DNA of 64,000 bases from Octopus sinensis. Taxonomy: Eukaryota. The notes under the pieces are model-generated. The model was not told the DNA's origin. It searched no databases and saw only the letters and a list, made by a program, of their open reading frames with translations. Below are positions 24,271 through 36,428 of the stretch, piece after piece. The DNA lies in NCBI RefSeq assembly GCF_006345805.1, contig NC_042999.1, positions 87,048,001-87,112,000 of the forward strand, read 5' to 3'. The first letter of the stretch is position 1; each line of letters starts with the position of its first letter. A program made the translations under genes and the position numbers.

Positions 24271-24895
24271 AATGATAATATGCTTAATGCTTGTATGAGT
24301 AAATATCCTGACAGATGCAATTTTATACTAGTATATGTAACTGTGTGCCACAAACAGTTAAAAGTTCTGAAGGAGCGAAGTATTCACTGCCAAAACAAAC
24401 TGCCTTAGACTATAAGCTATCACTAAATGTAGCAGACAAAATAGTTCTCAAACATTTTTTTGTACTCTAAACACTTCAATTTTGTTTTTGATTGCCCCTC
24501 AACTCCTGTGTGTGTGTGTGTGTATGTATGTGATGAATTTTGGAATAGAAAAAATATGTCAGTTTCCAAAATATAACCATTTGAAGTATTTCTCAATCTG
24601 ATGCGGAGGTGGAAAGTAGGCGGATATTATACTAGCTACAGCTGAAAACTCAATAACATAGTTTGTGTAAATAGCACATTTCCTGAGGCTGTTTGCTGCT
24701 AACCACTAAAAGGTTAGATGATACACAGTCTGAACAATTAACATGAAATGGAAACCGACTAGAATCTATTCAAATTGGTCGAATGAAAGCAATTAAATAA
24801 ATTGAGTTGCTAAAAATAGTCAAACTTATTTAGTAATCTCTTTTACAGATATACTTATAAACAATGAGAAAAATGTGAGAATACAAAATCTACAT

Positions 24896-24927
<32 letters not shown>

Positions 24928-27722
24928 GATTTAAAAAATTACAAATTTTCAATAAAGCCTGAAGTAAATATTTGAATAATTATATTAAATTAGCAAAGAT
25001 TCCAGAATACTGATATTTGTGTAAAAAAGAATCTGGCCTATTTTGACACTTCAATACAGAGTAATTATTACATATATATGTGTGTGTGTGTGTGTGTACA
25101 CACACACACACACATACCCAAGCAGATTATAAAAATAACCAAAAATTTAACTGAATTGTAATTAGAACTTCTTTAGACATTGAAACAGATGTATGTGGAA
25201 GAATTTTGCAAGATATCTTAAGCAAAGTGTTTAGGGTTACTAAAATTAAAATTTGAAAAATAACAAAAAAAAAAAGCCCCAGAAAATCTATTCTGAACCA
25301 GGAATTACAATTTTTTAATTAAAATTAAATATAGATCCGTTTTTTAAAAAAGTGGAAACTATCTTAGCATATAAGGAAATTTTTTTGCTTTCTAATGTAA
25401 AAAAAATTCTGTCAAAATGAAAACTGTAAAATATATTTCCATTACATAATTAAAAAAAAGAAAAATGATTTTATCAAAAACACTAATTATATCTTAATGA
25501 AAATAAAAACTGGCAAGTTGTCTAGTTATACATATTAAAATCATTTTAGATAAATTATTCAAAGTAGAAAAGAAAGAATCCATCTGGTATGTAGAAAATA
25601 TTTGCATCACACATTCTTACTCAAGAACCACCAACATATCATAATCTAGACCACCAATAATTGAAACTGACTGACATTTTCTAAAGAATGTTACAACTTT
25701 TTATAGTGACAAGCCATAAGAACTCCATAGCATAGAGTGTCCCACCCAAATGCGTAGAGTGAAAGAGTAATGTAAAATATAAGCAAATTCAATTCCTAGA
25801 ATATAAAAATATACAGTTGATAAGTATTGATACCTATTCAAACAAAAAGATCAACTGTAATAAAAATGTGGATAAGAACAAAATGCATACCAGCAGAAGA
25901 ATAGTGCATCTGGCGTAATCCATCATTTCGATAATCCATGTTTTACATATATACAAGACACTCTAACAGGTGCCTCTATCTCCCCTTCCTCTAACTTCAC
26001 AAGTTAAAGCAGCTCAGTTCCGTTCTGTTAGACGACAGTGATGAAAATATGGCTAGCATAGAACAAACATTTTCAGTGTAATTCCTTTCAGGACATCAAA
26101 AAACAATATTTTGCTATGTAACCCTCAATGATTGGTTTCATTACATAAGAGACGTAATTCCAATGAAATTCAGGTGCTGTTAGGCTGAAATAAAAAGTTC
26201 TGTGGCCAGTTGTCTAACATAACCAACTATGGTAGTATATTGATGGACTGCTAAGAATGGGAAGGGAAGAGAACTCCAACACTATCTTACATCATTAGCT
26301 CAGTAAATTTATCTCACATCCCTACATCACAAGGATCTAAATGCACAGACATTAACTACTTAATGACAGGTGGGATGCATGACCCAATTCTGGAACTATT
26401 TTCTGTAATTCTTCACTACAAGCTTCAAAATGATAAGCAAAGTGAGATAAATACTCACTTGCAGATGTACAAGCTAAAAGTATAAACAAGTATCAGAAAA
26501 ATGTAATAAGAATAATAAAAGTAAAAAAAAAAAATTAAACCTACATAAAAAGGAGGAGAACAGGTTTCATTTGAATATGAAAAAAAATTAATGAAATGCT
26601 TCTGGCTTCATAAATAATGTATTTTTAGTTTAGCAAGATAGTTTATAAGAGATTAAATCTCAGCTAAAAGTAAGTTAACTGCATAGTTAAAATAGGTTGC
26701 TTGAGGGTGGGGCACTATAAAGCAACATGTACTTCCACCAGCCAGTATAAGATATATAAGAAGTGAAAATAGTCGAGAAGAAATAGTATAAAAAGCAAAA
26801 TAATGCCAAGATTGCTTACCAAAGCTGTACGAAAAATCTAAATTATATGGGATGCGAAAGCAAACTTCCACAATTTTACATTTATAGCTTAAAAAACATA
26901 ACTCATGAAATCTTCTTATATAAAATACAAAAGACATTAATTGAATTTATGTGAGAGAGTGCTAGGTGGGGAGGGCTTAAAAGCTATCAGGAAATTATTA
27001 TATATGAGATTTATTACATAGTGGAAAAGAATTAGAATTTTTAACTGTTCAATAAAAGATAAACTTGAAAGAAAGAGAGAAAAGAAAAACATGAAAACTG
27101 ATAGATAAATAAATGATGAAAATATACTTAAAGGAAAAGTTTCCACATCCACGCATTTGCTTTAAACAAAATCTTTATTCAATTAGTAATATTTCCTTTA
27201 AAAAATTTATAACAAAATCCTCCCACACTATAAAAATAATCTCACTCTTTCCTAAAAACAGTATGCAAAAAGGGAAATGACAACATAAGCAGAAAAGTTC
27301 AGATTTTGATTTAATAATTTTATAACAAGATTTCTTGTTGAGATAACAGGTGGGTAGTTTGAAGAAAAATAATTTAGCAATGATGCCATCACATGTTAGA
27401 TATGACTAATTGTGCTATGAAGAATTCCATGGATTAAAATTATAAACTGAAAACAAACTAATAATTCATCAATCAACAACTGGAATGGTGATGCTGCTAC
27501 CCACACAAACACAACTATCCTTGACCACCTCCAGGGAACAACCACTTCACTGATTGGCATAAAATCACCTACTGACATGTTCTAGGCATGCTGTCTACTC
27601 TGTCTCCCCTTTCTCTACTGCAACCCAAATGGTCCCCCTAGGAGCTAGCTGGTCTCATGCCATCTCCTGACTCACTAATCTCCCATCTTCTCATTATTCA
27701 TGTTGGGTACAATGCTCTAGTC

Positions 27723-28340
27723 CAGTGGTTTCCAAAAGTAGTACTGGGGATCTGTGAACTAAATTCAAAATACATACACACACATTCATGTTCGACAGAG
27801 TGTAAGCATCTTGAGAGAAAAGTTGGGCATAAGTGGCATCTTGTGGTGTGAAAGAGAGACGACTGCACTGGTATGGTCATGTGATATGTATGGACGATGG
27901 TAGCTGTGTAAAGAAGTGCCGGTCTCTGTGGAAGGAACCTGTGGACATTGTACAAGATAGTGAAGCGTGATTTTCGAACTTTGGGTCTCACAGAGGTAGT
28001 GACTAGTGACCGAGACCTTTGGCGATATGCTGTGCTTGAGAAGTCCCATCAAGCCAAGTAAAATTGCAGTCGTGGAAGATACTGGTGTCATGCAAATGGC
28101 ATGTAAAAGCACCCATTACACTCTGGGCATGATTGGTGTTAAGAAGGGCATCCAGCCATGTCAAATCAAACTGGAGTCTGGTGCAGCCTTTCAGCTTGCC
28201 AGCCCTAGTCAAACCATCCAACCCATGCCAGCATGGATAATGAATGCTAAATGATGAAGGATAAACATATTAAAAGGGGTCTGTGGGAAAACACATTTAA
28301 ATAAAAGTGGTCCTTGGTAGTGAAAAAGTTAAGAATACTG
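27723..28340. mobile_element. hAT (Charlie-like) MITE with 8-bp TSD CTCTAGTC
   Basis: TSD at 27715-27722 and 28341-28348; ends CAGTGGTTTCCAAAAGT and AAAAAGTTAAGAATACTG (imperfect TIR). The TSD resembles the nTCTAGAn target consensus of Charlie elements. Confidence 0.8.
27787..28258 (+). mobile_element. RTE LINE 3' fragment nested inside the hAT MITE
   Basis: QSVSILREKLGISGI...ERRLHWYGHVICMDDGSCVKKC, then the RTE tail ending CCATGCCAGCATGGATAATGAATGCTAAATGATGA. Confidence 0.85.
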
Positions 28341-28864
28341 CTCTAGTCCTTCCTCTTCAGGTCAGCTCTCTCTGTATTTCACCCTTCTCTGTGGGTGTCA
28401 ATTTGGAACAGTTTAAGTGAAACATTAACAGCCAGCTACCTTACTGGTCTGTGGGCATTTTAATTGTCATGAGACCCAATAAGTACAATATAAAAAAAAA
28501 AATCTAACTTATCCTTCTGCTCCACTATATTCTCAAGCTAATGTGAAAATACAAATATCTGAATAATCATTCAGAATAAACGGATTTTCAATAGAATATC
28601 ATTCCTAGCCCCACCCACCGATAATGAAGTGAGATTGCTACATATTTCTATCCAACTAGACTGACAAATACGGTCATTTTATCTGAGTTACTGTTTTTGA
28701 ATTTCAATCAGCACAAGCAGTATACAATAAGGCACTAACACCAGTGAATTACAGGCACCTATTTTAGTGACTCCAAAGACTTGAAAGTCAACCTCAACAG
28801 GATTTAATCTTAATCTATATACCAAGCTGCCTTTAGCAGCTCTTACCAACCAACTAGCCTTTAA

Positions 28865-29079
28865 CCCTTTAGCACTTAAATAGAATATTTGGGATGAATA
28901 TGGCTAATCTGTTTTATGTTTAATCCAGCCAGATCTACCTTGTCACACCTATTCTATATTGTCATTCTGAAAATATACTGTCACATCAGAATTTCAGAGT
29001 TACAACATAGTGCATGATTAATTCGAAACAGCGTACATAAGTAAACATTACATTTGACAATAATCAGAATGCTAAAGGG
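28865..29079. mobile_element. TTAA MITE family A (piggyBac-like), 215 bp
   Basis: TTAA|CCCTTTAGCA...TGCTAAAGGG|TTAA: perfect 10-bp TIR and TTAA duplication. Confidence 0.85.
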
Positions 29080-29256
29080 TTAAAATCACTTGGTTAAGTT
29101 AGTTTTATTTTTTGGTATCGTGTCAATCCAGCATTTGAATGAATTAGCTGATGCATGAGCAATTCAAGTGATTTATACACAAGTTCCTTAATGGCTCGGT
29201 AAACTGAGCAACCAAATGTATTTCAGGTTTTCTACACTGGTATTATTTAGACAATT

Positions 29257-29488
29257 AAGGTGGTGAGCTGGCAGAAACGCTAGCGCGCCGGGCGAAATGC
29301 TTAGCGGTATTTCGTCTGCGTTACGTTGTGAGTTCAAATTCCGCCAAGGTCGACTTTGCTTTTCATCCTTTCGGGGTTGATAAATTAAGTACCAGTTACG
29401 CACTGGGGTCAATGTAATCGACTTAATACCTATGTCTGTCCTTGTTTGTCCCCTCTGTGTTTAGCCCCTTGTGGGTAATAAAGAAATA
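29257..29488 (+). mobile_element. Young tRNA-derived SINE with 17-bp TSD
   Basis: TSD GGTATTATTTAGACAAT at 29239-29255 and 29489-29505; B-box GAGTTCAAATTCC; CpGs intact; tail TGTCCCCTCTGTGTTTAGCCCCTTGTGGGTAATAAAGAAATA. Confidence 0.93.
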
Positions 29489-30789
29489 GGTATTATTTAG
29501 ACAATCCAGTATCTCATCTGTGAGGTTCACACTAAGTGCCATCTATTTCATTTTACATTAGCTGATCAAACAAAGAGAATACTCATCTTCAAAACAAATG
29601 GAGACACACACACACATTGAGTCAAATGTGCTTTAGATATTGAGGGCAACAAGTTGACAAGCAGAAGTGGAGCACTATACTTTGCCTTATAAGATTCTCA
29701 AACCTGTGTATTTTAATATTAAGTTTTGTTGACATTACCTTAGCCAGTAGGAATAATAAAGGAATTCAATACTATTAATATGCTGTTTTGGTTCATTATT
29801 TGATTTTGATTTTTCCAGTTTCAGCTTATGAGCTGTGGCCATGCTGGGGCACCGCCATTATCTTGACTATATTTTGTGTTCTGCCCAGCCATATGCGTGT
29901 GTGTTATATGGCTTAGCAGAGCACAAAATATAGTTGATATAATGAACCAACAGCATATCAGTAGTATTGAATTCTTTATTAAATCAGTAGGAATGAAATA
30001 TCATTCCTACTGATTAAGGCAATGTCAGCAAAATTTAATATTAAAATACTCAGGTTTGAGAGTACTACAAGGTATTTTGCATGGGGCTCCACTTCTGCCT
30101 GCTAACTTGTTAAACCTCAATATCAAAACAGATTTTGTTGACTCAAAGCAATGAAACTGGACATCGACCTTTTTTAAAAGAATAAATAATAGCGATAAAG
30201 AAACAACAAAAAACCCACAGAGTATTAGAAATTAAACTTAATTATCAGCACGCATGTGGCTTGGAAATCTGGTATTTATCTTTGGTTTGTAGAGATAAGT
30301 ACAATTTTTGTTATTCAAATTACAAGTCTTTGTTAAAAACAAATAAAATGAAGACATCAAAATATATGGTTAGATAATAGCTATAATCTAAAAGTTTGCA
30401 ACTTTAATCACATTTTCTTTCATGAATCATTAATTCAAGATATGAAATATGTTAATTACATTTGCTCTGTTCCCAATTACAAACAGTGAGACTCAGAAGC
30501 TTTCTATATCTAATTTTGTCTTTTTTTTTTTTTTTTTGCTTAGCTGTGCTTCCATAACACTAAGCATAGCTGTGTGGTTAAGAAATTCATTTTGCATTCA
30601 TGGAGCTCTAAGTTCACTCCCATTGCATAAATATAATATATAAAAAAAGAAAAAAATAGGAGAGGTGTCCATTATAAGTAAACAAAATCTGACTACACAA
30701 TTTGCATTAAATATTAGTCAAACTTTTGTGAGCAAATCTGAATTAATATCAAGGTCAGCAAAGAGATTAGCAAGTGAGCAGACACGAGA

Positions 30790-31040
30790 GTAATGAGTTC
30801 CTTTAGTTATGACTACCTCTCTAGGGTTGGTACAACACACATACACAAAAATGCACCCAGTATTCTCTGTAAAGTGATTAGTCTTAGGAAGGGTATCCAG
30901 TCATAGAAACAAAGCTAAAATGAAATGCGAACAAAATTAGAACTCCAGCCCATCCAGGTAGCAATACCCCTGAATACATCCTGTTTCCAACCATAACCTG
31001 TCTGGCCATACCGTCATGGGAAGCAAGCATAAAATGATGA
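30790..31040 (+). mobile_element. Decayed RTE-tail element
   Basis: TTAGGAAGGGTATCCAG...CATGGGAAGCAAGCATAAAATGATGAT. Confidence 0.55.
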
Positions 31041-32234
31041 TCAATTGAAATTCATGTTTTTTCCTACATAATCAAATTTGAAATTACAGTAATATATATA
31101 TATAGATTGATCAATAGCCACAAGTAAGTCTGATTGAAGATAAAAGCCAATTCTAGAAGGTATCTTGTCTAATTCAGTTTGGTAAATCAAAGTAAATAAA
31201 CCAGGTTTTTTTCTTTCCCGTGTTTTTTTAGACACACAAAATAAATAGCAAACAAATTCTAGGAATAAGATAATGGTAGGACACAAAATATGTCCAATAA
31301 TTATTTGAATAATACAGCAACAAAAGTTTAATACCAGATGATAGACGAAAATAAATCTAAAATTTCTCATCTCCAGAATTCTAGCTATCTTACCATTGAT
31401 AATATCGCATACCTTTACAAAAATAGTCTATCACCAAAAATAAAATGAATAACCTTTATCAAAAACTGCTGTTTCTCTTCACTTCTAACAAACAACTTCA
31501 AGTTAGTTATATCTAGGCTATAAAGCATTTTTTCATAATGTGATAAGTTACATTTGATGATGATGGGATAAAGAGAAAGCTTCACTGTCAAGTTTTGTAC
31601 ATGTAAATTCCATTGGCTTGACTACCATTTAATATACCAGTTATGATGTTAGTGACCTCTAATAAATATAAATCAACTATGCTGAAAACTAAAAAGATAT
31701 GACATAATGAAAATAAACATATTTCATATAAAAAAATTTACTTTTTAGAGATTTTCACTCATTATCTACTATATTTATAGTAACTACAAACAAAAATTCC
31801 TGTGAGAAGTCTTCTATAAAAATCCAAATGTAGAAAGATAACTCAGATTCTAACACAAGAAAAACAGTCCCCGTAGTTGATTATCACATTTCTATTTTAA
31901 CTCCAGAACACATTTCAAGAAAGACAAAGTATCTTACATATACAATGTAGTTTATTAATCTTGCTACGCCATATTTATCTTCTTGCTCCAGATAATGGAA
32001 ACAAAAATAGTGCTCAGAAAAATAAAATAATTTTTTAAATAGGTTTTAATCCTTTAGAATTTAATACGGCTATAACTAGCCCAAATATGCCTCCTGGTCT
32101 AAGTTCAAACTAACCAGGTCTGATGTCTCACACCTATCCTACAATGTCATCCTAAAAATAGACAGTGACATCAAAATCTCACAGCTATGAGACAATACAT
32201 GACTAATTCAAAACAATATCAGTAAATAAGCTTG

Positions 32235-32542
32235 TTTGTCATTTGATTGCGGCCATGCTGGAGCACCACCTTTAGTTGAGCAAATCGACCCCAGGACTTA
32301 TTCTTTGTAAACCTAGTACTTATTCTATCGGTCTTTTTTGCCGAACCGCTAAGTTACGGAGACGTAAACACACCAGCATTGGTTGTCAAGCGATGTTGGG
32401 GACACACACAAACACACACACACATGTATATGACGGGCTTCTTTCAGTTTCCGTCTACCAAATCCACTCACAAGGCTTTGGTCGGCCCGAAGCTATAGTA
32501 GAAGACACTTACCCAAGGTGACATGCAGTGGGAATGAACCTT
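32235..32542 (-). mobile_element. Relatively young CORE-like SINE, 5'-truncated within the tRNA head
   Basis: GCGGCCATGCTGGAGCACC...GACGGGCTTCTTTCAGTTTCCGTCTACCAAATCCACTCACAAGGCTTTGGTCGGCCCG..CTATAGTAGAAGACACTT; CpG-rich. Confidence 0.9.
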
Positions 32543-35136
32543 GACAATAATTTGAACACTAATGTGTTAACCATTATCTAGTTACATCCAAACGGCTATT
32601 TAAAATTTTTCTGTTTGTAAATAGAGAGCACTAACTCCAGTTTGATTTCTGTAAAATTAATACAAAAGGCATTGAAAATTTTTATACAAAGCAGTAAGAC
32701 AAACTGTAGAAGTAATTTCTTGGCATTATAGTGAGCTTAAAAATGCGTGTGTTTGCATGCCTGTGTGTGTATGTATTATATAATGAATTTTTCTAACTTG
32801 TTGGTAATAATCATAATATTAATCCTTAAGTACCTGGTAAAATAAAATAAAACTGGTATTTTATCACTACTACCAGCTCAGTGGTTTGGAAGTGGGACAC
32901 GATTTGTTAATGACTAGGCTAGAGCTAATGTTGTTTCACCTCTCAAATGTTTAACTGACACTGTTGATAGAATATAGAGATTTACAAAGGGAGAGAAACA
33001 CTGCCAAATTTGAAATTTAACTTTTAAGAAATCAACTTAGTATTGCTAAAAGTGACCAATGACATTTATTGGTTATGTCATACATTCTGATCTGTACCAA
33101 GTTCTTTTACATCATTTTAGCTAATAAGGCAATAATTAAGTGTTCAATATAACTCTTTATGGTTAAATATAATCTTTTTTCAGATCTGAATTTCAAATAA
33201 GCATATGAATTCCCATCTTCATTATTTATCTTTTGTCAACGATATATAAATGCATAATATCTTCCTAAAAAGGAAATGAATCTGCAATTAAAAAAAAACA
33301 ATGATGACAAAATAGAATTCTAATACTAAAAAAAAAAAAAACGTCAATTTCAGAGAATTTTAATTGACATAGGAAATGACTAAGAATAAGGACCCCATTG
33401 TTTGTAGTACTTATAGTGTAAAACAATGTCACCATTAATAAATTGCCAATACCTGCCTTACAAAACATGAAAAACATGTTTTAGCAGTTGTGCAGTTATG
33501 TTGAAGGCAAGGGGAAATAAGTACCTTTGTTGGAATAGTAGTCTCCTCCAAACTCATGCCAGCATGACATTAAAACCATAATGAGGATTTCAGGCTGCCA
33601 GAGATATGATAAAAGACACTTGCCCAAGAATGCCTTCATTGAGATTTAAAAAATGTGGCTGCAAAGTGAACTCATAATAATCTAGCCATACTTGTGCCAA
33701 CTTGATAGGCCAAGATGCCAATAAGTAGAATTAAACCATATATGCATACACTGTGGGGGACCTCTATATGATCTGTTAGAAATAAAAACCAAATCTTCCT
33801 CAAACCAGACACTACTGTCTCTTAAAGAAGAACAAAAAATTTCATTGAATAAAGTCCTGGCTGTACGATATATATTAAAAATGATGGCATGGTCATGATT
33901 GGAATGTTTTTGATCATGTGTAATCAATTAAGGAAAATCTGATGCTCAGGGAGAGAAAGAGAGAGTAAAGATGACTGCAATGCACAAATGCACAATGGAT
34001 TCATAAATTTTGACAATATTTTACACATGAACATTGTGTTAATCACAAGCTACAAATCATGTCGTTGCCATTTCTGTTAACAGTATGTTTACTTTGCACC
34101 TTTGAAGATGTGAAATCAGAGATCCCTTACTGGAGAAACAGGTTAGGAATCTGGCTGTAAAATAATGCCACGATATAATTGTCTAACCCATGATAGCATG
34201 GAAAAATAAATATGAATGTACATACATATATGTCAGCAGATCTTATAAAACACACATATTCAAAGATGTACACACACTCAGTAGCATGTGTGTGCATAGA
34301 AACAATTATGTATAAGAGAAATGAGGCCTTTATTTAGTTATTAACCGGCACACTATTTTCCAAAACTATTGGCTATGAGCTTAAGTGAATTTCTATCACA
34401 CTCCTCAGCACCAAAGTCTAATAAAATGAAGTAAATTATTAACGGTGGAATTCTAAATAGATAAATCAATAAATAATAGCAAGTTGAATATTGGGCTAAA
34501 AAAAGCCCTAAGATAGAAAACGGATCAAGAATATTTTAATTTATGCTATTAAATTATTTTTAAAAGTGTTAAAGATTCACAATTGACAACAGAACTCAAT
34601 GAGTAATGGCTAAAATAAATTTTAAATATATTATCAGTAGTAGTTATCTCTATAAATCCTTAATATAATTATATATTCAAATTTTACCAACTTTTTGGTA
34701 GAAATTAATTAAGCTGCACATCTTTTATGTCTAAGCTTTCCCATTTAGCTAGTTTCTGTATAAGTATTAAATTAAATCACATTTATTTCCCTTGAATAAA
34801 ATATAACTTGCATATCCTTAGATTTACTGTAGACATTGAATATATACATTTCAATAAATGTCAGTTAAATCTGAAGATTAAAGCAATGGTTTTATATAAA
34901 TTTATATTTAGATTTTTAGATTTATGAATTTAAAGACTAAAAGCTATATATTTGTGTGTGAAAATTAGAAAAGTTTGAATTTATTTTATATTAGCGAATG
35001 AAAATATTTAGTTCTAAGAAAGACAACTCCTAGTTACTAAGTTATATTTTAATGTGATTTTTAAATAGCGAAATTCGCGTGTACACCTCCATATGTGAAA
35101 GGAAGATAGATGAGAGATATGGATAGATAGATCTAT

Positions 35137-35190
35137 GTTTCTTTATAAGCCACACAAAGCTAAACACAAAGGGGACAAAATACAAAGAGA
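35137..35190 (-). mobile_element. Isolated extra copy of the 40-50-nt Tx1/SINE 3' tail
   Basis: Reverse complement TGTCCCCTTTGTGTTTAGCTTTGTGTGGCTTATAAAGAAA: 33/40 identical to the SINE tail by manual alignment; flanked by GATA repeats. Confidence 0.75.
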
Positions 35191-35237
35191 TTTTATTTTT
35201 GGGACAGATGTACATAGATAGATAGACACATAGATAA

Positions 35238-36428
35238 CTTTCTTTATTGGCTACACAGGGCTGAACACAGAAGGGACAACAAATGTAGAGCTTTTCTTTT
35301 CGAAAATGAAAAAAAAAAGAAAAAAAGAATAAGACAAAAAGAAAATCCTGTTCAGAAGGGATCGGGGGGGGGGATCAAAAGGGATCGTATATCACAGAAG
35401 AATTTTATTTAAAAATTTTAAAAGCAAGATTAGGTTTATCCGTGGAAAGAAAAGCCTACAGAAAAGACCACAGTAACCTCAGTCAGGGAGGAAGGGAATA
35501 AACACGAGAACAAAGTGATCTCTCTCTCTTTCGATTTACAGGATCATGCTCAAAGTGGTTTCGTCACTCGCACGCACCATCTTTGTTCCTTTCACCCACC
35601 TTTTTTTTTAACTTTCACGAGATAAAACCGGCCTCTCCATTCTCACCTTCCTTTTCAAGTGGTACTTGAAAAAGTTGACGAGCGATTGGCCAGAGAGGTA
35701 AGTGTTTGTCTCTAATCCTTTTGCTCGAGTTCACCACACACATTCTTTCACCATAGCCACCAGTACGATGAAGACTGCTTTGCCTTCCCGGTCGAGGGAA
35801 GGTGGCGGAGCAATTGTCACGATAGACTCGGCCGACAAGCGAACTCGTCCCACACGTGACAGCAGCTGTTCGGCATAAGCCCACAGGTCCAAAATGGTTG
35901 GACACTGCACATGTGCGTGCAGAACGGTTTCGGCGCTCTGACCGCATCTCAGGCAAGTCGGTTCGGTATGTCTCGAACCATTCATGTAGAGCTTATCTCA
36001 AACAGATAATGCTTCTCGATAGCACTGGCAGGCCAGGTTGATGATTGTCCATAGGTCCCGGCCCGAAAGTTGTCCTGAACAGGCAGGTCAGGTGTTCCTC
36101 GTTGACGCCCAGATTCTGCTCGAGAACGTCGTTGAACCTCCCCACCACTAATCCTCTACAGAACGCCTTTGTTGAAATGAAGTCGCACAAGTTTGGTCCC
36201 AGACGGCACGGCTGCTTGAGAGCAACACGACACTCGCGGTGCCATTCGCCTAGCCTTGGTCTCTGATCCACGATTGCAGTTCAGCCAAGGAGACGAGCTG
36301 CGGGAAAGCGATCTGCACAAACAGTGACCACACCTGTTCACCGTCGTCTATAAAACACCAGAGATGTCGCAGTCTCAGCGCATCATCAACCACGGCATGC
36401 CTAGCCCTCCATTTACCGGGTGTTGACA
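35238..36428 (-). mobile_element. 5'-truncated Tx1/L1-clade LINE (ORF2 C-terminus with CCHC knuckle, ~300-nt 3' UTR)
   Basis: [11 protein letters not shown] (L1/Tx1 post-RT GGLG motif) and CLRCGQSAETVLHAHVQC (C-x2-C...ET..H...C); stop near 35537; AATAAA-containing tail at 35238-35290; GC- and CpG-rich relative to flanks. Confidence 0.88.

Larger units (their letters stand above)
27480..28460 (+). mobile_element. Decayed CR1-like fragment split by a hAT MITE (parts ~27480-27722 and 28341-28460)
   Basis: GCTGGTCTCATGCCATCTCC motif shared with the 42780-43070 fragment. Confidence 0.5.

Noticed and set aside
22764-24353. 529-aa ORF (minus strand)
   Set aside because: Ser/Leu/Tyr low-complexity translation of the (GA)n array; no domain; stop-free only because of the repeat.
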